64,000 nucleotides of DNA from Macrostomum lignano (GCA_002269645.1 NIVC01003456.1:1-64000); one strand, 5' to 3'. Positions 1 to 13,304 are shown, counted from the stretch's first letter. The notes: generated by a model not told the origin, from the sequence alone. Numbers and translations: made by a program.

Positions 1-229
1 CTGAAGAAGATGGTGGGAGTACTAGGTTGCTAGACTGGAGATCTGTGAGACTAGAGATCTGTAGACTTTCAGCTCATGAGACCGCTTCTTCTGCTCTGCG
101 TTGACTTATGCTAGTGGTGTCTACGAATTCATCCTCGAAGAACTTCTGTACATAGTTTTTATGTCATGTAGACACAAACTTTTAATCTATTGCAATACAT
201 GTATGAGCTGATTTGCAGATGGCGCTCAC

Positions 230-3200
230 CCTGTCGCGGACCAAGTTGACGGTGACCACCGGTACCAGCATGCCGGAGAAAGTACCAATTCCATTCGACA
301 GGCCCATTAGGATGCTGGCATAGCGAGGCGCGATGTCCAAATGATTCACGTTGTAGCCTGAGTGGTATGCAAGGAAGCGTAATTAAAAATCTAAATCGAA
401 TATACGTGTAGTTCTAAAGGCCATTTGCCAAATTCTCAGTCAAACTGAATGACGTACCGGAAATCGCAAAGCCGCTGAAGCCGACTGCAATGATGAGGCA
501 GATGATGGCAGACGTGGACTCCTTGAATATCCTACGCCCAGAAGAAAGATCGCCTCCATGCCAAAGCCTGCGAGATGGCCGTGTTGACTCAGTTTAGTTC
601 AATTAGAGTAAAATTAAGCATTCGGTCAGTTCAGGAAAATGACTTGTGGCTTTTTCCTTTATGGTCAACGAAGCCCGCCTTGTTGTTTTGAAGATTTCAA
701 GAGCTTCATTGAATCGTCGGAATTTCAACGTGAAATTTAAATCGCCATCTTCAAAGACTGTAGGCTGATGCAAATCCAACATGGGCAGAACTGGCCCGTC
801 GCCAGAGCTCCATGAATGAAGCTGGGAAAGCTGGACACTCGGGATTTAATTAAGCACGAAGCACAACACAAACAGGCACCGGCGCAGTCGCCCCTTTGTG
901 AGCTGAGCTGCGGCGCTGCCCCTCCTACGCGAGCCTTTTGTGTTCCGGAGATTTCCGCGAGCTTTTGCGACTCTGCCGGGCGTGCTTGAGTTGGGGAAGG
1001 AGAGATTTATCCCCTCGCTGCGCTGGCGCTGCAGAACTCTGGATTAGATTCCTTGGCGATCCGGCCCGGACCTCTCCGACTGTTGATGCAGCAGTGCGTG
1101 CTCATTATTAGCCAGAATCTTTTCACTGCCCTTTGCTGGGGCTCAGCAACTTCCTGCCCCGAGAGCTACGCATGAGCGGCTTGTCGGCCCGACTTTATGG
1201 ACTCAAAATCTGCTCGGAGCTCACCGGGAAAGCCTTTGTGATCCAGCTACAGCGGCAGCGGAGCTTTCAGTCTTTCGGCATCGCTGAGTGAGCTGAAAAC
1301 CACTGGGCTTCTGAAATCTCAATTCAAAGCCTCCCTTCTTTAGACGGTGAAAATCTGATCTGAAAATGGGGGCGGATCGTAGTTTCCCAGCTGCAGTTAA
1401 AATCATGAGGCTTACCGCCGCAGTTGAAAATCTTCCTCACTACCGTGGTGGTCAGCAGCTTCTTGCGCAGTCGATCGGCAAGCTGCCCGCCCAGCGGCAC
1501 GATGGTCGCCATCACCAGATGAGGCAGGGCGGAGAACACACCGCTCTATTGAATCAAATCGAATGAAATTGAGCTGCGAGATTCCTTTCACGCTCGTATG
1601 GAGCTCACTCACTCATTCATTGACATTGATCTGGCTTTACGAAGCTTGTTCGGAACACTATCTTCTCGATTTTTTACCTCCAAATTCAACTTCCTTTGCT
1701 GTCCTAGAATGAGAAGTGCAGCATTAGTGCTGCTCCATCACCTCAGCCAACTGTAACTGCAGAAGCAAACAACTGCAGGGCCTGTGACCCCGTCTAACTT
1801 CACAATTCCAGCGGTTGTTCTATTCTGCATGTCTTTCAATCTTCACCTTAATTAACTTGAATAATAACTTACCTCAGTCATGTCGTAGTTGTGCACATCC
1901 CGAAAGTACTTTGTCTGCTCTGTGATGAGCAGGTAGAAGGACCAGCTGCGAGCAAAGTTCGCCACGATGATCGCGTAAACAGGCATGGAGGTGAAGAACT
2001 TGCGCCATGGGATTCGCATACTCTGCAGTGGGGGGGGGGGGGGGGCGGACTTTTCAGTCAGTCCGATTTGGGGGGTTCCGTCACCCAGCTAAGTTTTCAA
2101 ATGCAATGGAGCCGCGGTGTCTCTGCCTCTCTGAGGCTCTCTGAATAGGCCCTCGGGACGGAGAGCAACTTGCTCACCATTCAACTTTCAAACTGTGCGT
2201 GTTAAGGTAAACTGAAATATGAGCTTGTTCCAGGCCAGAATTAATTAGCACTGGCTAAGATGACATTTTCTGAAAAAGGTTACGGAAAATCTGGCTGCTA
2301 AATCTGGAAATTAAAGTCCCTCCCCAAATTTCTGCAATCATTTTGCCGTCACTAAGAAAAGTTTACCCCGGAGATGCGCGGACGATTTCACCTAAGTGTC
2401 GGCGTTTCTGTTTTCACTGCCCGCTAGAAATTGCGGGTCAATTGGGACTCTAGGAAATTCTTTAGGCAATGCAGTTCCCAAAACCTGCGTGGCCAAAAAT
2501 TCTCCAGTCTCATTTCTCAGAGAAAAGTCTTTCACATCAAACTGACAGCCCTCACCTTGTCGGACTGAGTCGACAGCTCTCCGATGGAAGTCTCGATGTA
2601 GACGCGCTCCTCCTCGCTGATCGTTGGATGCAAGCCGGGCCGTTCAAAAGCGTTGAACCACCAAACAGAAAACCAGGCGATGCCGAGAACGCCTAGGATT
2701 CAACGGTATCTTTTAGCTGGAGATCGAATGGCTGGATAAGACTGGTGGATATTTCAGGCTTGATTGGAGTCAACTGAGAGATTTGCTGGTTCAGGTCGGA
2801 TTGGAGTCAGCTGGGGGTGATTGGCTATAGGAGGCCTGCAAAAATCGCTGTAGGGACTAGAAGCGTCAAGCAGCATTCAGCCCACTGTCAGTTTATTAAA
2901 AGGCAAGCAAGATTTTGCTGCATGAAACCAAAGCAGGATCAAGAGCCCCAGAAGCTTCAATGGCCTCAAAAAGAACTTCCGAAGCCTGCGGAAGCTGGGA
3001 GCCGGCAGTTCTTTTAAATCATTCTCCATTAAGTATTTCTTCCTGTAGGCCCGGTACAAAGAAGTTTAGCACGGAGATGGCAGGAAGCAGCTAGAGAAGT
3101 AACAGAAAGCAAAGTCGCGTGCCCTCCGGCCAATTAAGCGACCGAGTGTCGAGGCGCGCTGTGGCGGGACCCTTTCACCCGCTGACCCTCAGAGCAGGCG

Positions 3201-5191
3201 CTCCTCAGCCATGCTTATGGTCATTATCAGTGCCCCACCCAGCGCTCCAGAGGGCATAGAAACCAGCGCTCACGGCACACAGAAATCAATGCCCCATCTC
3301 CATTAAGACTGTGAAAGCTGAATTGGCTCGTGCTCTATTCTTAGCTACAAGCGCAACCCAGTCTGAGCTGCTGGATGAACAAAGGCACAGGGATTTCACG
3401 AAGAGAGAGAGGCTTCTTCTTTTCCCCCCGTTCGTCTTTGCACGAAAGCGTCATTAGGAGGTGCGGGAGTGCGGAAATTGAAACAGAAGACGCGGCAGAT
3501 CTGCCGACGGGTGGGGCGGCTGCTCTCTTTGAAAGCTGCGCCGAATTAGTAAGCCTCTGTCTACTTTCAGCTTCCTATGCGCATTCTTTTGTAAGCTATG
3601 CTCAGTACTTTGTTCCATTCCTTATTGCGTTAGTGATCGCTTGCCATGCTCGCACTCTCACTCTGCAACTGTTGTTGCAGATTCAGCCCTTAATCGTCTT
3701 GTACAGTTCCTTCGGTTGAAAGAATAAATCGGAAAGTTGTACTGCAGATGAAAAATCTCTCTGCGTTGCAGCAGTACAACTTAATCAATTGTAAAAGCAA
3801 CATCGAGATGCCTGAGTTAGCTAGTACCGAGCCGTATGAAGAAATTCTTCGATGAGTGAGAGGGTAACTGAACTTTGGGATGCGTAACATTAATATTTTA
3901 CTGCTATTGCTATTGCTATTGCTATTGCTAATCGTAGTCAACTCGAAAATTATGAGCGTAGAACCTGGCCTCACCGTAAAAATAAAATGGCGCTGGCCAC
4001 CCCAACCAGTCCGACAGCAGGCCTGACAGGAAAAGTCCCAGAACGGCGCCCGCATACGAGCCGCAGAACGCAATCGTGGCCAGGCGGGAGCGCTCCAGGG
4101 GTGGCGCCCAGTACCGCCAGATGCCGTGACAAGCCGGGTAGGTGGCGCCCTAGCATGGATGATGGGTGCGACTAGTACGTGACATCTAATTATTTGTGTA
4201 TGCAAGAGTTCACTCCATAAGTTTTGAGACTTAAACAAATCTCACCTCGACGAGCCCTTGCAGAACGCGGATGAAGATCACCAGCACAAAGCTGACATGA
4301 CAGGCGGTCGGCAGGAAGAGGTTCAGGAAGGACGAGCAGAAGATGGCCAGGCCGAAGATTTTTGTGGCCGGAAGCTTTGCAGCGATGATGCCGCCGGGAA
4401 CCTGGGTAAACAAGTAGCCCCAGAAGAACGAGCTTTCAACTGCTCCGACCACGAGGGGTGACCACTGCAGCTCCGCGCTCTGCATTCGTGAGAGAAAAAA
4501 AAGTGATGACAGAATGGAATTGAGGCCACTCTGGTAAACTTGGTCTCTGGAGCTTGCCTTCTATACTTGACAAAACTTTACTCAAAGGTTACCGTATGAA
4601 ATATTTTTGGTTTTATGGAACACCTATTATTTTTTAGATCAGAAATTGGGCAAAGTATTTTGAGCTCCGAGAAGCGCTGCCTTTCATTCCACTAACATCA
4701 CACAATATCACACAATAGGGCATTGTGAAGCTACAAAGAGGCTGCCTAAAAGGAGACACCCTGTCTAGTTTAGAGAACCCAAAAGATGAAGCTGAGCTTC
4801 CTGTGCTTCCACCACATCAGCCACTCACCGCTCTGTAAGTTGAGTTGCGATAGCGCAGGTAGCTTTCCTCGTAGGGCGCCATGGCAACAGCTTGAGTGGC
4901 TGCAGCATGCAAATGCGAGGCTCCCGCGTTGCTGCTGTTAGCTACGCCTCGGAGGTAACTCGTGGCCACGCCGGTGTTGCAGCGGATGCCGAAGCTGATG
5001 AGAAACCCCATAGAGCACAAAAACGAAGTAATGTAGCGCTTTGAGCAACGGGCGCAGGGGCACTTGTTGCAGCATATGCACAGCCCAGTGTAGTACGTCT
5101 TGCCAGTTGGCTTTCGAGGTTCGCCTGAGCTTTCTTCGGCCTCGTCCAGCTCATTGTAGTTGCCGAATTCGTCTGTGTCATTGCCCTTCAC
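230..5191 (-). CDS. VGLUT: Vesicular glutamate transporter (SLC17A6/7/8, EAT-4-like), multi-exon; first and last exons not resolved; apparent 1-nt frameshift in exon 458-567
   Basis: Exons read by hand, with AG acceptors and GT donors and compatible phases: ~5191-4829 ([22 protein letters not shown]; acceptor not fixed), 4479-4246 ([24 protein letters not shown]), 4149-3975 ([34 protein letters not shown]), 2692-2556 ([19 protein letters not shown]), 2022-1873 ([24 protein letters not shown]), 1545-1416 (SALPHL..RKIFNCG), 567-458 ([14 protein letters not shown]), 357-230 ([23 protein letters not shown]). These are hallmark VGLUT motifs. Confidence 0.95.
3902..3930. repeat. (CTATTG)n hexamer microsatellite in a VGLUT intron
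   Basis: About 5 tandem copies of ctattg are directly visible. Confidence 0.85.
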
Positions 5192-5508
5192 CAGCTTGCT
5201 ACAAAAGGGCAGAAGAGCGCTGAAACCTGATAGACTAAAAATCAGTTCTGGCTTTTCATTTTATTCCAACACGAGCCAGCGCCCAACACAGCTCGTAACT
5301 CGGTAAAACTAAAATCTGGCACCAATTGGTTCACAATTAGGATTAGTGACATCTTACTTTTAAATCAGTTTGAGAAGTTTCCTTTTAATTCTCGTTTCTA
5401 TCCCCAAGTTCAAAAAGCTGTGGGACATAGCGGATTTGAGGCAAGGACTACTAGACTAGACTAGACTTCTATAACGAAGTGTTCCTAGTGGTCCTTGATT
5501 TGAGGCTG

Positions 5509-6310
5509 GAGCAATCAGTCCCGGAGAAATCAGTCCTGGAGCATTCATCCCAGAGCAATCAGTTCCGGAGAAATCAGTCCTGGAGCATTCATCCCAGAGC
5601 AATCAGTTCCGGAGAAATCAGTCCTGGAGCATTCATCCCAGAGCAATCAGTTCCGGAGAAATCAGTCCTGGAGCATTCATCCCAGAGCAATCAGTTCCGG
5701 AGAGATCAGTCCTGGAGCATTCATCCCAGAGCAATCAGTTCCGGAGAAATCAGTCCTGGAGCATTCATCCCAGAGCAATCAGTTCCGGAGAGATCAGTCC
5801 TGGAGCATTCATCCCAGAGCAATCAGTTCCGGAGAGATCAGTCCTGGAGCATTCATCCCAGAGCAATCAGTTCCGGAGAAATCAGTCCTGGAGCATTCAT
5901 CCCAGAGCAATCAGTTCCGGAGAGATCAGTCCTGGAGCATTCATCCCAGAGCAATCAGTTCCGGAGAAATCAGTCCTGGAGCATTCATCCCAGAGCAATC
6001 AGTTCCGGAGAAATCAGTCCTGGAGCATTCATCCCAGAGCAATCAGTTCCGGAGAGATCAGTCCTGGAGCATTCATCCCAGAGCAATCAATCCCGGAGAG
6101 ATCAGTCCTGGAGCATTCATCCCAGAGCAATCAGTTCCGGAGAAATCAGTCCTGGAGCATTCATCCCAGATCAATCAATCCCGGAGAAATCAGTCCTGGA
6201 GCATTCATCCCAGAGCAATCAGTTCCGGAGAAATCAGTGCAGAAAAAATCAGTCCCAGAGAAATCAGTCGAGAAAGAATCAGTCCAGAAAGAATCAGTCC
6301 TGGAGGAATC
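5509..6310. repeat. 44-bp higher-order minisatellite built from ~15-bp monomers
   Basis: The unit aaatcagtcctggag-cattcatcccagag-caatcagttccggag (15+14+15) repeats about 16 times, then decays into monomeric ~15-mers at ~6230-6310. Confidence 0.95.
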
Positions 6311-8952
6311 TGCCCCGGAGTGATTTGCAAATCTCTTTTAGAAATTCGGCGGGCATTCTTCTCCCATCCGCTGCAGAGGCCCGCCTGGGAAAGAAGGCGC
6401 CATCCGACGAATTTGTGTCCGAGTTTTCGGACACCAGAGGCTGGGCAGGAGCGGCTGTCAAAGCTGATTGTCTTCAAAGCCGCTGTCTTGGAGCAACGGC
6501 CGCGGCACACAAATTAAATTTGTCGGCTCTCCAATCCCATTTCTCAGGTACTCGCACTCGGTCAGATGCCTTGGCTATTTTCTTTACACCCGGATGTCAT
6601 GAAGGACGGGGAGTTCCTGCTCACTTTTTGAGACGGCTTTGAGTACTTCAAATTTAAGCAAATTATGTTGAAAAGGCAAAAGGGTAGAAGTGCTGCGGGA
6701 GTCGGAAGAGAAGAATGACAGGAAGGCCCTGCCGTGTGCATGAGAGTAACTCCGAAACTCAAGCGGGTTAGGTCAGTGAAAGCAGGGTACTCAGCCTATT
6801 TTGGCAAGAGTTGGAGATGGCTCCCGCTGCAGGGTAGGAAAATGGATTTGCAGACCGCTGAGGAGAGCGGCATGAAATAGGAGAATAATGGCTGGGAGCG
6901 GCCTGTCACAAGCGGGGCCCGCAGACCCTTGGAGATGCCATTTTAGATTTGCTTGCCCAGTGAGTGACTCTGGCCTGAGCCGGGGACTTTTGAGACCTGA
7001 GCTGGAAGATGGGATGGCTCTCTGCATCCCAGTCTGGGATTCGAACTCCTATCAGTCTGTGCGGGAGTTTTGCGTGAGGAGGTTGGGGCAAATCAGATTT
7101 GGCTTATCGCGCAAATAACTTATGACGGTTTTCTCTCGCATTTTTTATTTCCGGCTAAGTGGGCGAATTCGCTAAAGGCGGGCAGTTGACGCGGCGCTTC
7201 CCCGCTTCCCGCCTGTCTGTCACAACAAAACCGCTTCAATGCGATTTCGGTCCGGGAAAGCTGATGGAAGAAAATCAAATTTCCTCGCCCAAACAGATTA
7301 ATGAGTTGCAAGTATAAGGTGAGCGGAGGGAGATAGGAGTTAGAAACGGGGCTCGAGCTTGCCGGAGTCGAGGTTGCCGTCAGCGCGCCCCCAAAAAAGT
7401 GCAGCTGGGGCTTCCTAATCCCAAATCCCTCGCTGTTCGGGGATTTTCACCTCACTCGGAGATGCGAGTTTCGAAGGATAATCCAGAGACCCGCAAACTC
7501 TGCGCCGCAGCCGCAGCACCTGAGCTTCGCCCGGACTCCCGCTCGGATAAGCCAAGGCCTCTGCAGTCACCGCCCCAGCTTGAAGCCGCGGATTAACGGA
7601 TCTCCAAACAAAGGCAATGCAATGAAAATCGTGGAAACTGAGCTCCGGCTTCTCGGACTGGATGATGAATCACTTCCCCGAGTACCTGGCTATTGCTAAT
7701 TGCTGTTCCCATGCAGCCTTGCAGCAGGCAGTGAAAGCGGTCGCAGCCCTGCCTTGGTCCCTTTGTCCGGCCCGCCATCTGATAGGCGAGCGGCGAATGT
7801 AGCGTGACATGGCGCGCTCGATTCTCGCGGGGATTTTTCCCAGAAATTCCTCAAAGCGCTCAAAGCTCGGAAATTGAAGGACGGTGAAGCGGGGCTTCCG
7901 AGTCAGATGCTGCCCATCTCCCCCCTGCTAGAGCGCTCAGAGCAGGAGGGAAGCCTTCAGAGGCAGCTTTTGTGGGCTGCTTTGGAGGCTTCTCAATTTC
8001 ACGCTCGGTAGGAGCCTCACGTCGCTGTACCTGCGGCAGCTTCATCCTTTGCCAATCCACCAAATATTTCCCTGCAGCTCAAAGCGCAGATCAAAATCGC
8101 TCAGGAAAATGAAAAAAACGTTGATTCAGAGCAGGAGCTGTGCAACATGGGAAATGATGTCGCAGACTGCTGCATCAATCACTGCGACACAATACCTGTC
8201 CTTGGGACCCACAGGCACTCATGACAAAGAAGCTGGTAGCATTGTCGGCACTGGCAGCCCAGTTGCGGTGAAATCATTTTGCACTCTTGTTGAGCACCTC
8301 AGGCGCACTGATCGATAGGTTTTAGCGTCAGGAGCAGTACTATTGCCACTGTCACAGTTTTAATATCCCTCCTCTACTTGCTCCAATATGAGAAATCATT
8401 GAGTCGTGCATTATTTTCGAGGTATGTACAGGATGTGCAGCGCTGCAACTGTATGAGTGTCCCAACTCGAATCCTGTAATTCTACCGCAGCTCTGACCTG
8501 CAACCCAATCACAGCAGGATGAAATGATTATGCTGAGCTGAATTTACCACTCAATTACTTTTGCGGCCCAGGGATGACACAATAAAGCCTTTTTAGCCGC
8601 CTACTAACCGCAGCCAAATGTGCTTATCCTGCAGTTTTTTTTACGTTGAATGCAGTTTCTATGGGGGCCTGATATGCAAAACCACCTCTGAACTGTCCAA
8701 GATCGCACTGTGCTCAGCGCTGTGCTAGACTGGCCCAGCAGAATCGGTGCATAAGCTGGCCAGCTGTTGGAATGCTGCAAGCTGGTCGTATCATTGCAAC
8801 AAGCGGCCAATCTTCAGAGCAAAATCTGCCCGGGTGGTGGGCAGTTTGACAATCCTAGCACCTCAATGCTGCCATGCCAGTAACTAAGTTGGATCCAAAT
8901 TGATACCTCATAGGGTTCTGCAGGCAAGTAGCTCGCAAGTCTTATTGCAATA

Positions 8953-10603
8953 TAGCTTTTTGCAGCCCATTTAGGCTTACACGCATAGAATTTAATCCAA
9001 GATATATTTGCCAAAGTAATTGATCTGTTTTCTATGGTCGCAAGGACTGACACCGCAGCATTTAATTTGGTCTAATAAGCATCAATTTGGTCCATAGCGG
9101 CTCTATAGTTTCAACCCTAGATTTTAATTTAGCCATGACCGATACAAGCAGTGATGATGGAAGCAATGCTTCATTTGCTACTGCGGAGGAGGAGCAAGAT
9201 CTGCCTCAGAATCGTGGACCGTATGCTAGACTGTCGAACGAACGCCATGGGCTTGTGATCGAAGCACTCGACAGAGGTGAGCACCCAAAGGACATTGAAA
9301 GGATGCTGAACGTCAAAGAAAAGACAGGTGTACAGCATCCGTCAGCGCGTTGAAACCACTGGCAGAAGAGATCGTCTACGAAGGGGCGGCAATCGCCAAA
9401 GCAAGTTGCAAGAGCCTCAGGTCCAACTGCTACTTGATGCAATTGAGACAAACCCTCTGTTGAAGTTGCAGCAAATGAAGCAGAAGTTGAACGAACAGTT
9501 TCACTTGGTTGTCAGCATTTCGACTATCAGCAGAGCTCTGGAAAAGCGACTGATAACACTGAAAATTCTTGGTAGAGACGCAGACATTCCAGTGGTACGC
9601 AACAGCCCGCAGACGGTTGCGAGAAGGCGGGAGTTTGCCGAATGGCTAACGGCTCTTGATCCTGAGGTTCATCTAATGTATCTGGACGAGACTGGATTCA
9701 ACATTTGGACTCGGAGGACGCAAGGTCGTGGTCGCCGCGGTCCGCGTGTACGGCGCACCGTTCATTCTCAGCGAGGCCATCAAGTGAATGTACTGCAAGC
9801 GATTTCACCATCCATTGGACTTATCTACCACAAAGTTGTGAGCCAGACTATGACCGGAGATCTGTTTCAGCAGTGCATCAATGAACTGGTGCAGTCTCTA
9901 CTCGAAGTTCATGGACTGGATGCCCAACAACAGGTTCGCATCATTATGGATGGTGCGCGGTTTCATAATGGAGCCCGGATTCCGGAAGTATATCAGGACA
10001 GGATCCAACTCATCCAGTTGCCACCATACTCTCCGTTTCTGAATCCTGTCGAGGCAGCCCATTTCTGCCTGAAGGCTGTAATCAAACAGGAGCTCAGTGA
10101 CCCGGCCACCCAACGAGAGCTTGATCAGCCGCCTCCTGACACCACCCTTGGTCAATGGAGAGTACTGGTACTTCACCGCATTGCCGAGGCCGCTACAGCC
10201 GCTATCACACCTTTAAAGTGTGCAGGTTGGTACCGGCAGATGCTGCGCTTCGTGCCAGCTTGCATTTCAGGAGAAAATGTCAATTGAACACGCTTTTCAT
10301 CTTCCTCAGCGGAGTCTTGACCATGCTAAAATGCTCTTTTTGTTTTTGTTAGAGCTGATCAGATTTCCATTTTTTACGTTTCCTGGTGTTGGTACAGTGA
10401 CGTTTCCTCAAATAAATTGCATTACACAGCTGTAACTCGTGATTGAGTTTCACAGCCGCTATAGCCCAAATTGATGCTTATTAGACCAAATTAAATGCTT
10501 CTGTGTCAGACCTTGCGACCATAGACAACAGCTCAATTGCTTTAGAAAATATATCTTGGATTAAATTCCATGCGTGTAAGCCCAAATGGGCTGCAAAAAG
10601 CTA
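8953..10603 (+). mobile_element. IS630/Tc1-mariner superfamily DNA transposon, near full length, TIRs ~160 bp, flanking TA
   Basis: tagctttttgcagcccattt.. at 8953 is the reverse complement of ..aaatgggctgcaaaaagcta at 10603. The imperfect inverted match extends ~160 bp, with TA at 8951-8952 and 10604-10605. It encloses a transposase ORF. Confidence 0.92.
9135..10287 (+). pseudogene. DDE transposase (IS630/Tc1 family) with a single +1 frameshift near 9327
   Basis: ATG at 9135 opens an HTH-like N-terminus (EHPKDIERMLNVKEKT). The frame then shifts to VYSIRQR... The catalytic motifs are YLDETG, IMDGARFH and LPPYSPFLNPVE. Confidence 0.88.
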
Positions 10604-11408
10604 TATTTTTTCGTGTACTGCATCGTGCTAAGAAAAGTCTGCCACAGGAGTCTACCATGGGGAATACGTGGAATACTACGTAAGGCATGCTAAAAAACTA
10701 CATATATGTATGCATGTTTTCATAGCTGAAGAAATAAAGGAAATACAACTGTTTTAATGCAGCTGAAAGGCACAAAAGGCTTTATGGATCCATTTCATAA
10801 TTTTTATCATGCTTCTTTGCATGAAATTTATATAAACTATCCGGTAAGGTTAAAAAACATTTTCGTATAGTTCCCATCTTCTTACGGCTCTTAGAGATAG
10901 CGAAATCATGAGCCTGTACTTTGGCCATTCGCGCTGTCAAAGTTATCGTAATTTATGGCGCACTGGCATTTATCGTTGGTGCCATCCATGCCATTAATTA
11001 GGAGCACCAAATTGAGGTTTTAAGGGGCTTAGAAAGCGGTGTTCAAGCGAGCCCATCACACCGTTCAGATTTAAATTCGAGAACTCACCTCCTCAGAGCC
11101 GCTATGGACGACTTGGCCTGGTCCTTCCACCCGGGCTCCAACACCTGGTCCTTGAGTCCCTGCATTGCAACGGCTGGCTATCCTTCCCAGTGCGAGCGGC
11201 TTCTCAATTTGTGAGGCGAGAGGCGCTGAGAAAGCTGTCGAGGCGCGGCGGAGAAGGACTGGCCTAGAGTATCTCGAATTTGTGGATTAGCTGAGCACAG
11301 CCCATCTAAAGGGGGCCTCAGCCAATAGGAGTCGATAATGACGGTCAGATGTTATGTGCGTGTAACCAAACTACTGATAGTAGGCTAGGTCGAATCTAAT
11401 CTAATTGT

Positions 11409-11550
11409 TGTCAAGTCGCGCCCAGTAAACGATGACAAAGCTGCCCGTAGGCTTGGTTTGAGTCCAGTGCGAAATTGTATATTTGAAACGAGCAAAGTAT
11501 TGCAAAGCGAATAGAATAAGCTTAAAACTTAGAATCGATCACTGACGGAC
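11409..11550 (-). mobile_element. LTR copy (solo or 3' LTR), same family as 22890-23070
   Basis: Near-identical to 22890-23070 (tgtcaagtcgcgcccagtaaacg..cttagaatcgatcactgacggac) but ~40 bp shorter internally. No PBS follows it. Confidence 0.8.
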
Positions 11551-13084
11551 CTTTTACCTGGAGTCGTGCCTTAAACCCTTTAATTTGACCTAATTGCTCT
11601 CGAAAAACGTCTTTGTGCTGGTCCAGAATGCGCTGCAGTTCTTGGTCGCTGTCCGTTAATTTCTTGACCTCAGAAACAATTTGCCAGTCGAAGCCAATTC
11701 TTTCGAGCCAGTTTCTTCCCAGGAGGTTTGCGCCGTTCCCGCCAGCAACAATCACCGGTAGCTCAAACTCGTGATGCGTTGTCTGCACTGTTACAATGCA
11801 CTCACCATGGACTTTGATCCGGTCATTGGTGTAGCTCCACAGACAGACTTCGGATTTCCGAAGCTTTAGTTCCAGCTTCCTGCTTGTGGCTTCGTTGATG
11901 ATGGTTTGGCTAGCTCCGGTATCAATGTCAGAGGTCACTGGCGTGCTATTGACCTTCAGGGTGATGATGTAAGGCTTGCACTTTCTGGGAATTGCTTGAT
12001 GCTCGTTGACGCTGCCAATGAAATCGTGACTGCTGTCGCTGTCTGAGCGTCCCTCTTCTTCGGCTCCACATGCGCCTTCAGTACCGACGTATTTGGCTTT
12101 CCCGAAGCGTATCCGCGGCGGAAGTCGAGAAGGTTTCCTGGTTGGTTGACTCTTCCCTGCCCCCTTAGTCCGACAGGCATCTTGGTGATGTCCGAACTTC
12201 TTGCACTTTGTGCACTGGTGAGTCCGGTGGGGACACTTTGCCGCCCAGTGAGACTGGCAGCCGCAACGGAAGCAGGCTCGATCACGAGGATTCAGTGTTT
12301 CGGTTGCCTTCACGTGCTTGACGTCGTGACTCGGTAACCCTGCCTTGCTGATGACGTCTGTTCCTTTCTCCGCTGTCTCAATCATGACCGCAATCTTGAA
12401 GATGTTGCTCAGCGAGTCGTCGTCCTCTTCTTGGAGCAGGCGTCTCTGAATCTGCGAATTACGGAGCCCGGTCACCAACTTGTCCCTCAGTGCTTCATCC
12501 AAGAATACACCGAACTGGCTATTCGTCGCCAATTTTCGCAGTTGCGCCAGATATTCGCTGATGCTCTCGCCCTCGTGCTGATTGCGTCGGTAGAAGTTGA
12601 ACCTTTCCACCACCTTCCAGGGCTTAGGGTTAAAGTGCTCCCGGAGAGTCTTGATGATGTCAGCACAAGAGGTCTCTTTCGGCTTCTTCGGGGCCACAGA
12701 TCTCGCAACAGGTCGTAGCATTCCATCTCCGATGTTGGCAATGGCCACCACGCGCTTCATCTCATCAGATTTGATCTCCTTTAAGATCAGAAACTGCTCT
12801 AGGCGCTCCTCGTAGGCATCCCACCTTTGAGGCTGAGATCGGATGTCGAAGACTCCGGTTTTACTCGTCGCCATTGTAACGTCCGAGGGTTCCGAGTCAC
12901 AGAGACGAAGTCTAGTTTAATGATAAATTATGAAACGCTGCTGCGAGTATATTTATGCTCCCTTTCTTGAGCGAGGCTTGCCTCCTCTTCTCGGCTTTGC
13001 CGAGCCCTACTTAACTCGGTCTGCGAGACCGCTTTAAGCCATAGATAACAGCGGCGAGGGGAAAATTAAACAATATAAGTTACA
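11551..13084 (-). mobile_element. Ty3/gypsy (Mag-like) 5' fragment: LTR 12875-13084, then gag-protease truncated before RT
   Basis: The LTR is bounded by TGTAAC..GTTACA and followed by PBS TGGCGACGAG. ORF 12874-11522 has Mag-type gag (WDAYEERLEQF), two CCHC knuckles (CFRCGCQSHWAAKC, CTKCKKFGHHQDAC) and an aspartic protease (IDTGAS). Confidence 0.92.
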
Positions 13085-13304
13085 TGTACAGTTGGAAATA
13101 CGTATCAGATTTGAACTGGATAAAAACAAAATTCATATTTGGTATAAGGTTAGTACGTCATGCAATCCGAGATATTAGATGAACACAGAATGTAATACAA
13201 TATTATGGTCGAATGCCAAAAGCTGGTATTTTTTAGATGCTTAAAAAGTTTAAGTTAGCACAAGAATAACTGCTACATCAAGTGACAGTCACCAGCAAAT
13301 TGCA

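Noticed and set aside
5509-6310. Regular arrays here and at 48040, 56008 and 61530 as possible CRISPR arrays
   Set aside because: They are head-to-tail repeats without unique spacers, in a eukaryotic context, with no cas genes.
5479-6642. 387-aa ORF with repeated SWSIHPRAISSGEISPGAFIPEQS
   Set aside because: It is a by-product of the stop-free 44-bp minisatellite cycling through frames. It has a GTG start and no splice or domain evidence.
7020-7060. gggattcgaactcc, a B-box/T-arm-like motif
   Set aside because: No anticodon arm, D-arm or acceptor stem can be folded around it.
7860-8063. Possible first VGLUT exon (ATG AAG CTG CCG CAG|gtacag)
   Set aside because: Weak donor and no homology support; it cannot be distinguished from chance.
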